Positions 8,573 to 18,454 of a stretch of DNA of 64,000 bases are shown one piece after another. Location: positions 1,120,001-1,184,000 of the forward strand of contig OZ245046.1 in the NCBI GenBank assembly GCA_965224245.1. Direction: 5' to 3'. This DNA is from Candidatus Eiseniibacteriota bacterium. GTDB taxonomy: Bacteria; Eisenbacteria; RBG-16-71-46; CAZAMP01. The first letter of the stretch is position 1. Every line of letters begins with the position of its first letter. The notes under the pieces are model-generated. The model did no database searches. It was not told the origin of the DNA and saw only the letters and a program-made list of their open reading frames with translations. Both the position numbers and the translations under genes were made by a program.

Positions 8573-11413
8573 ATGGCTCAGGCTGCGACCCGTCCCCGTG
8601 GCGAGGCGGTCGCGGGACGGTTCCTGCGCGTGGTGACGGTCGTCACGTCGGTGATGGTGGTCGTCGTCGCGCTCGCATCCCCGGTGGCCGGTCAGGACGA
8701 CGAGCTTCCACCCGGCGCCGCCGACTGCCTCGACTGCCACGAGCCCGGACCCATGGAGCCGGTGGACGAAGGAGATCCCCCGTCCTTCGCCGCCCGGTCG
8801 TTGCTCGCCTCGCCTCACGCCGACTTCGAGTGCGTGGACTGCCACGCCGACGTCGACGTCGACGATCTTCCCCACGACGATGCGCTGGAAACGGTCGCCT
8901 GCGGCGACTGCCACGACGACGTCCAGGAGCAGTACGACGAGAGCCTCCATGGCGTCGCGGCCACCCGCGGCGATGCGCTGGCGCCCTCGTGCGCCGAATG
9001 CCACGGCAAGCACGACATCCTGCCCAGCCGCATCGTCGAGTCGCGGACATCCGCGATCAACGTGCCCGCCCTGTGCGGGGGCTGCCATCGCGAGGGATCC
9101 GAGGTGACCCGCACCCACGCGATCCCGGCCGATAGCATCCTCGCGAACTATAGCCAGTCCATCCACGGCGAGGGGCTGTTCAAGAAGGGTCTGGTGGTCA
9201 CGGCCGTCTGCTCCAGCTGTCACACGTCGCACTTCGTGCTGCCGCACGACGACCCGCGCTCGTCCATCTCCAAGGATCGCATCGCCGACACCTGTACGCA
9301 GTGCCACGCCCGGATCGAGGATGTGCACCGCAAGACGATCCGGGGCGAGCTGTGGGAGAAGCAGCCGCACATGATCCCGGCCTGCGTGGACTGCCACTCG
9401 CCCCACAAGATCCGCAAGGTCTTCTACACCCAGGGCATGGCCGACCGCGACTGCATGCGCTGCCACTCGCGGCACGACCTGGCATCGGAGACGGGCCTGG
9501 AGCCGGACGATCTGTGGGTGGACGCGACCGAGCTGTCGGCCTCCCGACACTCGCGCATCGCGTGCGTGCAGTGCCACACGGGCGGCACGCCGTCCATGGA
9601 TCGGCCGTGCGCCACCGTGGCCGAGGAGGTGGACTGCTCGGTCTGTCACAGTGAGGTCGTCGCGAACTACCAGACCAGCGTTCACGGGACGCTGGCGACG
9701 GAGGGCAGTCCTGACGCTCCACTCTGTGCCGACTGTCACGGGACGCACGGGACGAGAGGTCCCAACGACTCGGAGTCCCCGATCTTCTCTCGCAACATCC
9801 CCGAGCTCTGCGGGCATTGCCACCGGGTGGGGCAGAAGGCGGCCGTTCGCTACGCCGGCGCCGAAACCGAGGTGGTCGAGCACTACACCGAGTCGATCCA
9901 CGGCAAGGGGCTCCTCGAGAGCGGGCTGACCGTCACCGCTACCTGCGCCGACTGCCACACGGCACACGCCGAGCGACCCGCCGCCGACTCGGCCTCGACC
10001 GTGAACCGGGACAACATCGCTGCCACCTGTGGGCAGTGCCACCGCGGCATCTTCGAGCTGTTCTCCGAGAGCATTCACTCGCCGACCGTCTCCGAGACGA
10101 GCGAGAAGCTCCCCGTCTGCAGCGACTGCCACTCGGCGCACACGATCGAACGCACCGACGTGACCGACTTCCAGCTCCACATCATGGATCAGTGCGGCAA
10201 CTGCCACGAGGACATCGCCGAGAGCTACTTCGAGACCTACCACGGCAAGGTGTCGAAGCTGGGCTACGTGAAGACCGCCAAGTGCTACGATTGCCACGGA
10301 GCGCACGAGATCCTGCCCACGTGGGACTCCCGCTCGTATCTGAGCCGGGACAACATCGTGGCCACCTGCGGTCAGTGTCACCCTGGGTCGAACCGTCGCT
10401 TCGCGGGCTACCTGACCCACGCGACGCATCACGACCCGGACAAGTACCCGTTCCTGTTCTACACGTTCTGGGCGATGACGACGCTCCTGGTGGGAACGCT
10501 GACCATCGCCGGCGTGCACACCCTGCTGTGGGTGCCTCGCTCGATGCAGTTCCGCAGGAAGATCAAGGCCGTGGAGGCCGTCGGCGAGCATCGGTACATC
10601 CGGCGCTTCACCCGCTACAACTCGAAGCTGCACTTGATGGTCATCACGAGCTTCTTCGCGCTGGCCCTGACCGGCATGACGCTCAAGTTCTCGTACACGG
10701 GCTGGGCGCGCGTCCTGGCGAAGCTGTTCGGCGGCTTCGAGACCGCGGGCACGATCCACCGGGTGGCCGCGATCGTGACCTTCCTGTACTTCTTCCTTCA
10801 CGTCTGGGATCTGGTGCGCCGCAAGCGCGTCGAGGCCGGGGGCATGAAGCCGCTGCTTCGGGGCACGAACAGCATGCTCTTCAACAAGACCGACGTCCGC
10901 GAGTTCGTCGGGTCGCTGAAGTGGTTCTTCGGCCTGGGCCCGCGTCCGGACTACGGCCGCTGGACGTACTGGGAGAAGTTCGACTACTTCGCCGTGTTCT
11001 GGGGTGTGACCGTGATCGGGTGGACGGGTCTGCTCCTGTGGTTCCCCGAGCTGTTCACCCGGATCCTGCCCGGGTGGGCGCTCAACGTGGCCACGATCAT
11101 CCACTCCGACGAGGCGCTTCTGGCGGTCGGGTTCATCTTCACCATTCACTTCTTCAACACGCACTTCCGTCCCGAGAAGTTTCCGATGGATCCGGTGATC
11201 TTCACCGGTCGCATCCCGCTCGAGGAGTTCAAGCTGGATCGTCCACGCGAGTACCGGGAGCTCGTCCAGTCCGGCCGCCTCGAGAGCATGCTCGTCCCGC
11301 CGCCGTCCGAGGACTCGCTACGCATGTGGCGCACGTTCGGCTTCACCGCGCTCGCGATCGGGCTCACGTTGATCGCCCTGATCGTCTACGCGGAGGTCTT
11401 CGCGTACCGCTGA
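8573..11413 (+). CDS. multiheme cytochrome c (19 CXXCH) fused to a FdnI/HydC-type diheme cytochrome b domain (CbcL-like)
   Basis: 19 CXXCH motifs counted by hand; C-terminal transmembrane region with LHLMV, IHRVAA, YWEKFDYFAVFWG, IIHSDEALLA, IHFFNTH. Confidence 0.9.
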   Translation: MAQAATRPRGEAVAGRFLRVVTVVTSVMVVVVALASPVAGQDDELPPGAADCLDCHEPGPMEPVDEGDPPSFAARSLLASPHADFECVDCHADVDVDDLPHDDALETVACGDCHDDVQEQYDESLHGVAATRGDALAPSCAECHGKHDILPSRIVESRTSAINVPALCGGCHREGSEVTRTHAIPADSILANYSQSIHGEGLFKKGLVVTAVCSSCHTSHFVLPHDDPRSSISKDRIADTCTQCHARIEDVHRKTIRGELWEKQPHMIPACVDCHSPHKIRKVFYTQGMADRDCMRCHSRHDLASETGLEPDDLWVDATELSASRHSRIACVQCHTGGTPSMDRPCATVAEEVDCSVCHSEVVANYQTSVHGTLATEGSPDAPLCADCHGTHGTRGPNDSESPIFSRNIPELCGHCHRVGQKAAVRYAGAETEVVEHYTESIHGKGLLESGLTVTATCADCHTAHAERPAADSASTVNRDNIAATCGQCHRGIFELFSESIHSPTVSETSEKLPVCSDCHSAHTIERTDVTDFQLHIMDQCGNCHEDIAESYFETYHGKVSKLGYVKTAKCYDCHGAHEILPTWDSRSYLSRDNIVATCGQCHPGSNRRFAGYLTHATHHDPDKYPFLFYTFWAMTTLLVGTLTIAGVHTLLWVPRSMQFRRKIKAVEAVGEHRYIRRFTRYNSKLHLMVITSFFALALTGMTLKFSYTGWARVLAKLFGGFETAGTIHRVAAIVTFLYFFLHVWDLVRRKRVEAGGMKPLLRGTNSMLFNKTDVREFVGSLKWFFGLGPRPDYGRWTYWEKFDYFAVFWGVTVIGWTGLLLWFPELFTRILPGWALNVATIIHSDEALLAVGFIFTIHFFNTHFRPEKFPMDPVIFTGRIPLEEFKLDRPREYRELVQSGRLESMLVPPPSEDSLRMWRTFGFTALAIGLTLIALIVYAEVFAYR

Positions 11414-11717
11414 TCGTCGGTACGGACCCGACAGGACCCATCCGTCCAGACCCCGATCCGCCGCACGACCGGCGGCGGACGACACTGGGAGGATGCGTCG
11501 GCCCGGCTGCCCGCGGGCGAGCGGGCAGGTCACGAGGTCGACCTCCGGTCGCTCGCGCGGAGTTCACGCCGCACCGCGAACCCGGCACGTCGATGCTCGT
11601 CCGTCGGATGATGCGTGCGCGGACTTCGGGAAGTACCTAGATCGAAGCACGTACGACAACCGTTAGGATCGTCGCGCACACGACGAGATGACCCGTCGCC
11701 CACGATGGAGGGTCGGT

Positions 11718-12461
11718 GTGAGGATCTGGCGGTTTCCCGATCAAGTGCTCCGCTTGGGGATCGTACTCTCCATCCTCGTCGCCGCTCTGATCGCCGCCCG
11801 GATGTACTTCGTACCTCCCTCGTTCGGCGAGATCGGGCACTACCGCGCGGACGCCATCACGACCATCAAATCGCAGCCCATCCGATATGCCGGCACGCAG
11901 GTCTGTGCCGAGTGCCACGAGGACGAGGCCGAGACCAAGAATGCCTCGTACCACCGCACACTCTCCTGCGAGGTGTGTCACGGACCCGCCGCCGTCCATG
12001 CCGACGACCAGGACGCGCAGACCCCGATCATCCCGCGCGCGCGCGGTGAAGCCTGCCTCGCGTGTCACGAGTACCTCGAGTCTCGTCCGACGGGGTTCCC
12101 GCAGATCATCGAGGCGCGACACAATCCGCTGGAGCCGTGCATCGAGTGTCACGACCCGCACGATCCCACGCCGCCCGACGTGCCGAGCGCTTGCTCGGCG
12201 TGCCACGCGCAGATCGCACGCACGAAGTCGGTCTCGCACCACGTCTCGCTGGAGTGCGAGACGTGTCACGAGGTTCCGGCCGAACACCGGACCGAGCCGC
12301 GCGCGAATCTCCCGAGGAAGCCGACCACACGGGAGTTCTGCGGACAGTGTCATGGTCGGGACGCCGATCGGCGCTCGGACGTGCCCCGGATCGACCTGGC
12401 GACGCACGGCGGGCGGTATCTGTGCTGGCAGTGTCACTATCCCCACTTCCCGGAGAGCTAG
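11718..12461 (+). CDS. membrane-anchored octaheme cytochrome c
   Basis: GGAGG RBS before GTG 11718; N-terminal TM helix; 8 CXXCH motifs. Confidence 0.88.
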   Translation: MRIWRFPDQVLRLGIVLSILVAALIAARMYFVPPSFGEIGHYRADAITTIKSQPIRYAGTQVCAECHEDEAETKNASYHRTLSCEVCHGPAAVHADDQDAQTPIIPRARGEACLACHEYLESRPTGFPQIIEARHNPLEPCIECHDPHDPTPPDVPSACSACHAQIARTKSVSHHVSLECETCHEVPAEHRTEPRANLPRKPTTREFCGQCHGRDADRRSDVPRIDLATHGGRYLCWQCHYPHFPES

Positions 12462-12464
12462 CCC

Positions 12465-13223
12465 ATGAGCACCGACACCGAGCGGCGTGAGTTCATCCGC
12501 AAGATGGTGGAGCTGCAGGGCTCCATGGTGCTGCTGGCGACATGCGGCCCGCTGGCCTCCTCCGCCGCGGAGGGTGGGGAGTCGGCGGAGGCCGGGACCA
12601 CGTACGGCATGGGGGTCCAGGTCGACAAGTGCATCGGCTGCGGCAGATGCGTTCAAGCCTGCAAGGCCGAGAACGACGTGCCGGCCGAGCCGTTCTTCTT
12701 CCGGACCTGGATCGAGCGATACGTGCTGCACGCAGACGGCGAGGTGACCGTCGACAGCCCGAACGGAGGGGCGAACGGATTCAGGCCGCTGGAGGAGAGT
12801 GCCGACATCCTGCGCTCGTTCTTCGTGCCCAAGCTCTGCAATCAGTGCGACAAGCCGCCCTGCGTGCAGGTGTGTCCGGTCGGGGCCACGTTCAAGACCG
12901 AGGATGGGGTGATTCTGGTCGACAGCGACTATTGCATCGGTTGCCGCTACTGCATCCAGGCGTGTCCGTACGGCGCACGCTACCTGGATCCTCGGACGAA
13001 GACGGCCGACAAGTGCACGTTCTGCTACCACCGCGTGAAGGACGGGCTCCTGCCGGCCTGCGTGGAGGTGTGTCCGACCGGTGCGCGCGTCTTCGGGGAT
13101 CTGAACGCGTCGGCGAGCCCCCTTCGCCGATTGAAGCGCATGAGCGAGCTTCAGGTCCTGAAGCCGTCGCTCAACACCGAGCCGAAGGTCGAGTACTCGG
13201 GTCTGGACGGAGAGGTGATCTGA
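12465..13223 (+). CDS. NrfC/DmsB/PsrB-like 4Fe-4S electron-transfer subunit with Tat signal
   Basis: ERREFIRK twin-arginine motif; CIGCGRCVQAC, CNQCDKPPCVQVCP, CIGCRYCIQACP, KCTFC...CVEVCP. Confidence 0.92.
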   Translation: MSTDTERREFIRKMVELQGSMVLLATCGPLASSAAEGGESAEAGTTYGMGVQVDKCIGCGRCVQACKAENDVPAEPFFFRTWIERYVLHADGEVTVDSPNGGANGFRPLEESADILRSFFVPKLCNQCDKPPCVQVCPVGATFKTEDGVILVDSDYCIGCRYCIQACPYGARYLDPRTKTADKCTFCYHRVKDGLLPACVEVCPTGARVFGDLNASASPLRRLKRMSELQVLKPSLNTEPKVEYSGLDGEVI

Positions 13224-13225
13224 GC

Positions 13226-14455
13226 ATGACCGAGCACCTGGAGCATCTCCAAGCCGTCGCGGGTCAGGTGACCGGCTACATCTACCCGAACGAGGTCGAG
13301 CTCCACTGGAGCCTCCTCGTGGTCCTGTATCCGTACATCACGGGGCTCGTGGCCGGGGCGTTCATCCTGGCGTCGCTGGAGAAGGTCTTCCGCGTGAAGG
13401 AGGTCGAGCCCACGTATCGCCTGGCCATGCTCACCGCCCTGGCCTTCCTCCTGGTGGCGCCGCTGCCGTTGCTCGCGCACCTCGGCCACCCCGAGCGGTC
13501 GTTCGCCATCTTCTTGACCCCGCATCTGCGCTCGGCGATGGCGATGTTCGGGTTCGTGTACGCGTGGTACCTGATGGTCGTGCTGCTGCTGGAGATCTGG
13601 TTCGAGTACCGGGCCGATCTCGTACGCTGGAGCGATCAGGGATCGGGTGCGCTCAAGTGGATACGCTGGATCCTCACGCTGGGGTCGCGCGATCTCTCCC
13701 CGAGCTCGGTGGCCTTCGACAAGAAGGCCGTGCACGTGATCACGCTCGTCGGTATCCCCTCGGCGTTCCTCCTGCACGGATACGTGGGGTTCATCTTCGG
13801 GTCGGTGAAGGCGAATCCGTGGTGGTCGAGCGTCCTGATGCCGATCGTGTTCCTCTTCTCGGCGATCGTCTCGGGCATCGCGCTGGTCCTGATCCTGTAC
13901 TACTTCTCGACGCTCATCCGGCGCAAGAAGCCCGACATGGCGTGTCTCGACAAGCTCGCGTCGTTCCTGTTCTACATGTTGATCATCGATCTCTCGCTGG
14001 AAACGCTCGACTTCATCCATCGCCTCTACGAATCCGAGGAGTCGATCGGCATCCTGTCGTCGTTGATCGTGAACAAGCTCCGGGTGAGTCTGACCATCGT
14101 GCAGATTCTCCTGGGTACGCTGACGCCGCTGGTGCTCCTGGCCATCGCGCGGTTCTCCCAGCTGCCCGCCGAGCTCAAGCGCGTGGGGTACTTCATCGCG
14201 GCGCTCCTGGTGCAGGTCGGCATCTTCAGCACGCGCTGGAACGTCGTCATCGGGGGGCAGCTGTTCTCGAAGAGCCTTCGCGGTCTCACCGAGTACAAGA
14301 TGGAGCTGGGGGGCATCGAAGGGCTCTTCACCGCGATCGGGCTGTTCATCCTGCCGTTCCTGATCCTGGTGGTGCTGATCAAGCTCCTGCCCCCGTGGGG
14401 GGATGAGGGCGAGGAGTCGGCCGCAGACGCCGTTCGCTCCGCTCCGGCGAGCTGA
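13226..14455 (+). CDS. NrfD/PsrC-family quinol-interacting membrane subunit
   Basis: WSLLVVLYPYITGLVAG, HLGHPER, SAMAMFG, RWNVVIGGQ; many TM helices; directly follows the NrfC-like gene. Confidence 0.9.
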   Translation: MTEHLEHLQAVAGQVTGYIYPNEVELHWSLLVVLYPYITGLVAGAFILASLEKVFRVKEVEPTYRLAMLTALAFLLVAPLPLLAHLGHPERSFAIFLTPHLRSAMAMFGFVYAWYLMVVLLLEIWFEYRADLVRWSDQGSGALKWIRWILTLGSRDLSPSSVAFDKKAVHVITLVGIPSAFLLHGYVGFIFGSVKANPWWSSVLMPIVFLFSAIVSGIALVLILYYFSTLIRRKKPDMACLDKLASFLFYMLIIDLSLETLDFIHRLYESEESIGILSSLIVNKLRVSLTIVQILLGTLTPLVLLAIARFSQLPAELKRVGYFIAALLVQVGIFSTRWNVVIGGQLFSKSLRGLTEYKMELGGIEGLFTAIGLFILPFLILVVLIKLLPPWGDEGEESAADAVRSAPAS

Positions 14456-14537
14456 GGCGGAACGACTTCGGCCCCGGGCTCGGCCTCGATCGCCGGCTCC
14501 ACGACGATCCCCGAGGCCGATCGCGTCGCGCCTCGCC

Positions 14538-15602
14538 TCAAAGCGGCTTGGGCGGTCGGACGCCGGACCGGTCGCCGTCCCGATGGCCCTGCTCGATGCG
14601 TCCGATCTCGGTGACCGAGCCGTCCGCCCGTGCCGATCGCCGTGCGTGTCTCTGGAACGCCGCCGCCACGAGCTGCCGCGTGAAGCCGACGTGACCGGCC
14701 GGATCGTTCAGGAGGCAGAGATCGGCACTCCCGGCATCCGCCGGGGGATAGTAAACCCCGCAGTTCGGGTTGATCTCCAGCATGTGCGGGGCACCCGAGG
14801 CGTCGACGCGGAGATCGCAGCGACCGAAGCTCGCGCCATCCAGTGCCACGAAGAACCGCGCCGAGGTGTCCCGGAGGCGACGGTCGAGCACGTGGTCGGT
14901 CACCGGCCGCGCGTGCATCCGGTCGTAGCTCACCCATTTGAGGTTCGCGTGCTTGAAGTGCTCGCCGGGTGGGAACGCGTACTGGATCGGCTGGTACGTC
15001 GTGGGGTGCCGGGGGTCGTCGGGGCTCTCGGCCACGAGCACCGTGCACTCGATGCCGTCGACGTACTCCTCGATCAGGGCGGTGCCGTGGCGGGACATGA
15101 TCTTCCGCGCCTGACGGCGAAGGCCGGCGGGCGAACGGACCCGCGACGCCCGGCTCAGATCGACGCTGGCGTAGCTGCTGTGGTGCTTCACGAAGAGGGG
15201 AAACCGCAAGGACTCCGCGGCACGCTCGACGTCGGCGTCGTCGTGGGCGAAGACGTATCGCGGCGTGGCGATCCCGACGTCGCGGCAGGCGCGCTTCATC
15301 GCCTCGCGCGAGGGCTCGTAGAACGCCGAGGTGGCTCCCACGAAGGGAACGCCGGCCGCCTCCAGGGTGTGGACGACCTCGATGCCCGGGATCTTCTGGT
15401 CCGCGGCACCGTCACACAGATTGAAGAAGAGGTCGTGGCCCCGGGCGAGCTGCCGGGTGACCTGCTCGACGGCGCTCCGGTACCGGAGCGTCTCCAGGTG
15501 CCAGCTCGCCTCGGGTAGATAGGGCCGCGGATCGCAGGGCCAGTCGTCGGCGGGAAACGGGTCGGCGTCCAGATGCTGGGTCGTCAGCAGGCAGATTCGC
15601 AT
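14538..15602 (-). CDS. ATP-grasp ligase, D-Ala-D-Ala ligase-like (atypical)
   Basis: FFNLCDGA, FPLFVK, LIEEYVDGIECTV, GRCDLRVD...LEINPNCG; lacks the canonical Ddl N-terminal GGxSxEH. Confidence 0.8.
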   Translation of the reverse strand: MRICLLTTQHLDADPFPADDWPCDPRPYLPEASWHLETLRYRSAVEQVTRQLARGHDLFFNLCDGAADQKIPGIEVVHTLEAAGVPFVGATSAFYEPSREAMKRACRDVGIATPRYVFAHDDADVERAAESLRFPLFVKHHSSYASVDLSRASRVRSPAGLRRQARKIMSRHGTALIEEYVDGIECTVLVAESPDDPRHPTTYQPIQYAFPPGEHFKHANLKWVSYDRMHARPVTDHVLDRRLRDTSARFFVALDGASFGRCDLRVDASGAPHMLEINPNCGVYYPPADAGSADLCLLNDPAGHVGFTRQLVAAAFQRHARRSARADGSVTEIGRIEQGHRDGDRSGVRPPKPL

Positions 15603-15794
15603 GCGCGGGGTCCGAGCTCCGTTTCCGCGTTCTCGCCAGGCGCCGTTCCGACGCCCGTCGGCGCCGAGCATCGCACGACTCGACTGACCACCGTGATCGC
15701 ACCCGGATGCCGGTGCTTCGATTGATGACGTTCTGCATCTTTGCCCGATGATGCAAAACGAGTCAAGGGATCGAAGACGATGCTGCGCGATGGC

Positions 15795-18089
15795 TCAGTC
15801 GCGGCCGGGGTCGTGCCCGGCGGGGCGTGCCGGGTCGGCGTCCGATGAGGCCTCGTCGCGGGAAGGCGTGGCGGCGATCTCGGCGTCGGTCTGAACGAGC
15901 TGCCCCACGAACACGCTCGAGTTCTTCACGAAGAAGACCGTCCGTAGCGGCTCGGCCAGATCGACCATGCGGGTGGCGTACGCGGGGAGGTCGCCCGGGT
16001 CGTCGGGCGGATCGAGGCCGAGAAACACCACGTCCGCTTCCTCGCTCTTGTCGTGGATGATGTCGCGAATCGCACGATCCGCCGGCCGGATCATGACCTC
16101 GACGTCCGCGGTGATCCGGATGGCGGGGACCAGCTGCGCGAGGTACGCCTCGGTGGATTCTTTCATGTGGGCGTTCGAGGCCACGCTCAGGATGCGGATG
16201 CGGGCGCTGCGCCACTCGGTGTTGCGCGTGATCAGATGGGCCAACAGGAGCATGAGATCCCCGTTGTGCTTGAGCCCACCCCACCAGACGTGGATCACGC
16301 GCTCCTCTTCCTCGCGGGGGATCAGTCCGGGCTGCACCCGGCCCATGATCACCGACTTCTCGATCCTCTCGAGCCGGTTCACGACCTCCAGGAGCTCGAC
16401 CGTCCGCTCCGGCGCGCGAGGCCAGCCCAGGAGGATCGTGTTGCTGTTGAGTCCGGCCAGGCCGTTGGCCTGGGCGACGTCGGTGATGCCGGAGATGACG
16501 TCGCGCACGACGTCGACCTCACCGAATGCGACCAGCCGCTCACGCTTGAGCGTCCGCTGGATCTTGTGCCTGAGCTCGGCCACCGGGATCTCGTCGGTCA
16601 GGAGGTTGCCGACGACGAGCTCGGTCACCGTCACCACGCCCCGGCCCTGGCTGAACCAGGTGCCGAAGCGGATCAGATCGAGGCGCTTCTCCGCGGAGTC
16701 CACGAATGTCAGGACATGGGGGCGCCAGTTGCGTGGGGTCATGGGCCGCTTCGCGAGGCGGACGAGGGTCCACCGGATGAGCGCCTCGTAGACGTCGCGG
16801 CGGAGGTCGCCCCATCCGGCCTGCCGCTCGCGCCGGGCCAGGAACGTCCACAGGGCGATCACGATCACGATCGCGGACACGGCCGCGACGGTGTTGATCA
16901 GGAACATGACGGCCAGACAGGCCAGCCCGCCGACGAAGCAGAGCGCCCAGTGCACACGGAGCCGCGGTCGCCACGACGGATCGCCCGAGAGCGTCTCCAC
17001 CGCGGCCACGAGGTTGACCATGCCGTAGACGGTGAGAAAGAACATCGTGACCACCGGCGCCACCGCGTCCAGGTCGCCGAGCATCACCGCCGCGAGCGCG
17101 ATGGTCAGAGACACGATCAAGCCGACCACCGGCTGGCGGCTCTTGCCGGTCACGCGGGCCAGAAAGCTCGGCGCCAGACCGTCGGCCGCCAGCGCCTGGA
17201 GCGTGCGGGGTGCGCCGAGGATCGAGCCGACGGCGGACGAGAAGATCGCCCCCCAGAGCCCGGGGAAGATCAGCCACACGCCGAGCGGCGCGATCGAGGT
17301 CCAGACCAGGGGATCGGCCCGAAGGGCCGAGGGCGTGGCCCCCGTGATCAGCACGAACGGAACGGCCAGGTAGACCACGAACCCGGTCAGCATCGCCGCG
17401 ATCGCCCCGCGCGGGATCGATCGGATGGGATCGCGGATGTCGCCCGAGAGACCGAGGCCGGCCATGACGCCGGTGACGGCGGGGAAGAACACCGCGAACA
17501 CGACCCAGAAGTCGGTTCCTGCGACGGGCGCGTGGACCGGTGTCGAGACCTGGGGGCGGAACAGCGCGCCCGAGGCCAGCGCGGCCAGCGAGAGCGCGAT
17601 CAGGAACAGAATCGGAACCTGGGTGCGCAGCGCCATCTGGGAGCCCCGGAGGGCCAGTGCGCCCACGGCGACCACCACGCCGAACGCGAAGGCCTGGATC
17701 GGCACCTCGGGCCACAGGATGCGCACGGACTCGGCCAGGCCGAACGCGTAGAGCGTGACCGAGAACACCTGCGACAGGTACAGCGGAAGGCCGATTGCGC
17801 CACCGAACTCCAGGCCCAGGCTCCGGGAGATGATGTAGTAGGCGCCGCCGGCGCCGAGTCGAATGTTGGTCGCGATGGCCGAGAACGAGAGCGTCGTGAT
17901 CAGCGTGATCAGATTCGCGAGCACGACGATGGCGATCGTCTTGCCGATGCCGACCTCGCCGGTGACCCATCCGAGCCGCAGGTACAGGATGACGCCGAGG
18001 ATGGTCAGGACGGTCGGGGTGTAGACGCCGGTGAAGGTGCCGAGCTTGCCGTCGGCCGCGCGGCCGAGCCGATCCGGTCGCTTGATCAT
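15795..18089 (-). CDS. cation-chloride cotransporter (SLC12/CCC family, APC superfamily)
   Basis: GTFTGVYTPTVLTILGVILYLRLGW, GGAYYIISRSLGLEFGGAIG, FFPAVTGVMAG...SGD, RNWRPH, C-terminal HVWWGG...NGDLMLLLAHL. Confidence 0.9.
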   Translation of the reverse strand: MIKRPDRLGRAADGKLGTFTGVYTPTVLTILGVILYLRLGWVTGEVGIGKTIAIVVLANLITLITTLSFSAIATNIRLGAGGAYYIISRSLGLEFGGAIGLPLYLSQVFSVTLYAFGLAESVRILWPEVPIQAFAFGVVVAVGALALRGSQMALRTQVPILFLIALSLAALASGALFRPQVSTPVHAPVAGTDFWVVFAVFFPAVTGVMAGLGLSGDIRDPIRSIPRGAIAAMLTGFVVYLAVPFVLITGATPSALRADPLVWTSIAPLGVWLIFPGLWGAIFSSAVGSILGAPRTLQALAADGLAPSFLARVTGKSRQPVVGLIVSLTIALAAVMLGDLDAVAPVVTMFFLTVYGMVNLVAAVETLSGDPSWRPRLRVHWALCFVGGLACLAVMFLINTVAAVSAIVIVIALWTFLARRERQAGWGDLRRDVYEALIRWTLVRLAKRPMTPRNWRPHVLTFVDSAEKRLDLIRFGTWFSQGRGVVTVTELVVGNLLTDEIPVAELRHKIQRTLKRERLVAFGEVDVVRDVISGITDVAQANGLAGLNSNTILLGWPRAPERTVELLEVVNRLERIEKSVIMGRVQPGLIPREEEERVIHVWWGGLKHNGDLMLLLAHLITRNTEWRSARIRILSVASNAHMKESTEAYLAQLVPAIRITADVEVMIRPADRAIRDIIHDKSEEADVVFLGLDPPDDPGDLPAYATRMVDLAEPLRTVFFVKNSSVFVGQLVQTDAEIAATPSRDEASSDADPARPAGHDPGRD

Positions 18090-18300
18090 GAAACGCTCTC
18101 CAGCTCGGGCGCATCCCCCGCACCGCGCGCGCGCACCACGGCGGGCCGGCCGGGAGTCGATGCGGCGCCGGGCCGTGAGGCTATCGCAAGTGACGGTTCG
18201 ATGAAACGGTCGACTCCGACACGAGCCGAGCTCCTCCTTCGGCCCGGACTCGTTGCCTGGGTGATGCCCGGTGCCGGTCGCGCCGGGGGAGCAGAAATGC

Positions 18301-18330
18301 TTGACGTCCGGTTCCGACCGGGCGTAGCGT
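18301..18330 (+). promoter_or_regulatory. putative sigma70 promoter for the speD operon
   Basis: TTGACG-N18-TAGCGT about 125 nt upstream of the speD start. Confidence 0.45.
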
Positions 18331-18385
18331 TTTCCGTTCTCGGTCCCGTCACGGGTCGAGGTCGCTCAATTGCCGTCCCCAAGCC

Positions 18386-18450
18386 TGAGCCCCCCTTTGG
18401 CCGAAGCGTAAGGCGGCGATCCACTGAAAACGACCTGTATGGGGGGTTCA
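18386..18450 (+). promoter_or_regulatory. structured 5' leader that sequesters the speD ribosome-binding site
   Basis: TGAGCCCCCC (18386-18395) pairs with GGGGGGTTCA (18441-18450), 10 bp with one GU; the G-run is the SD 8 nt before the TTG start. Confidence 0.55.
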
Positions 18451-18454
18451 TGAG

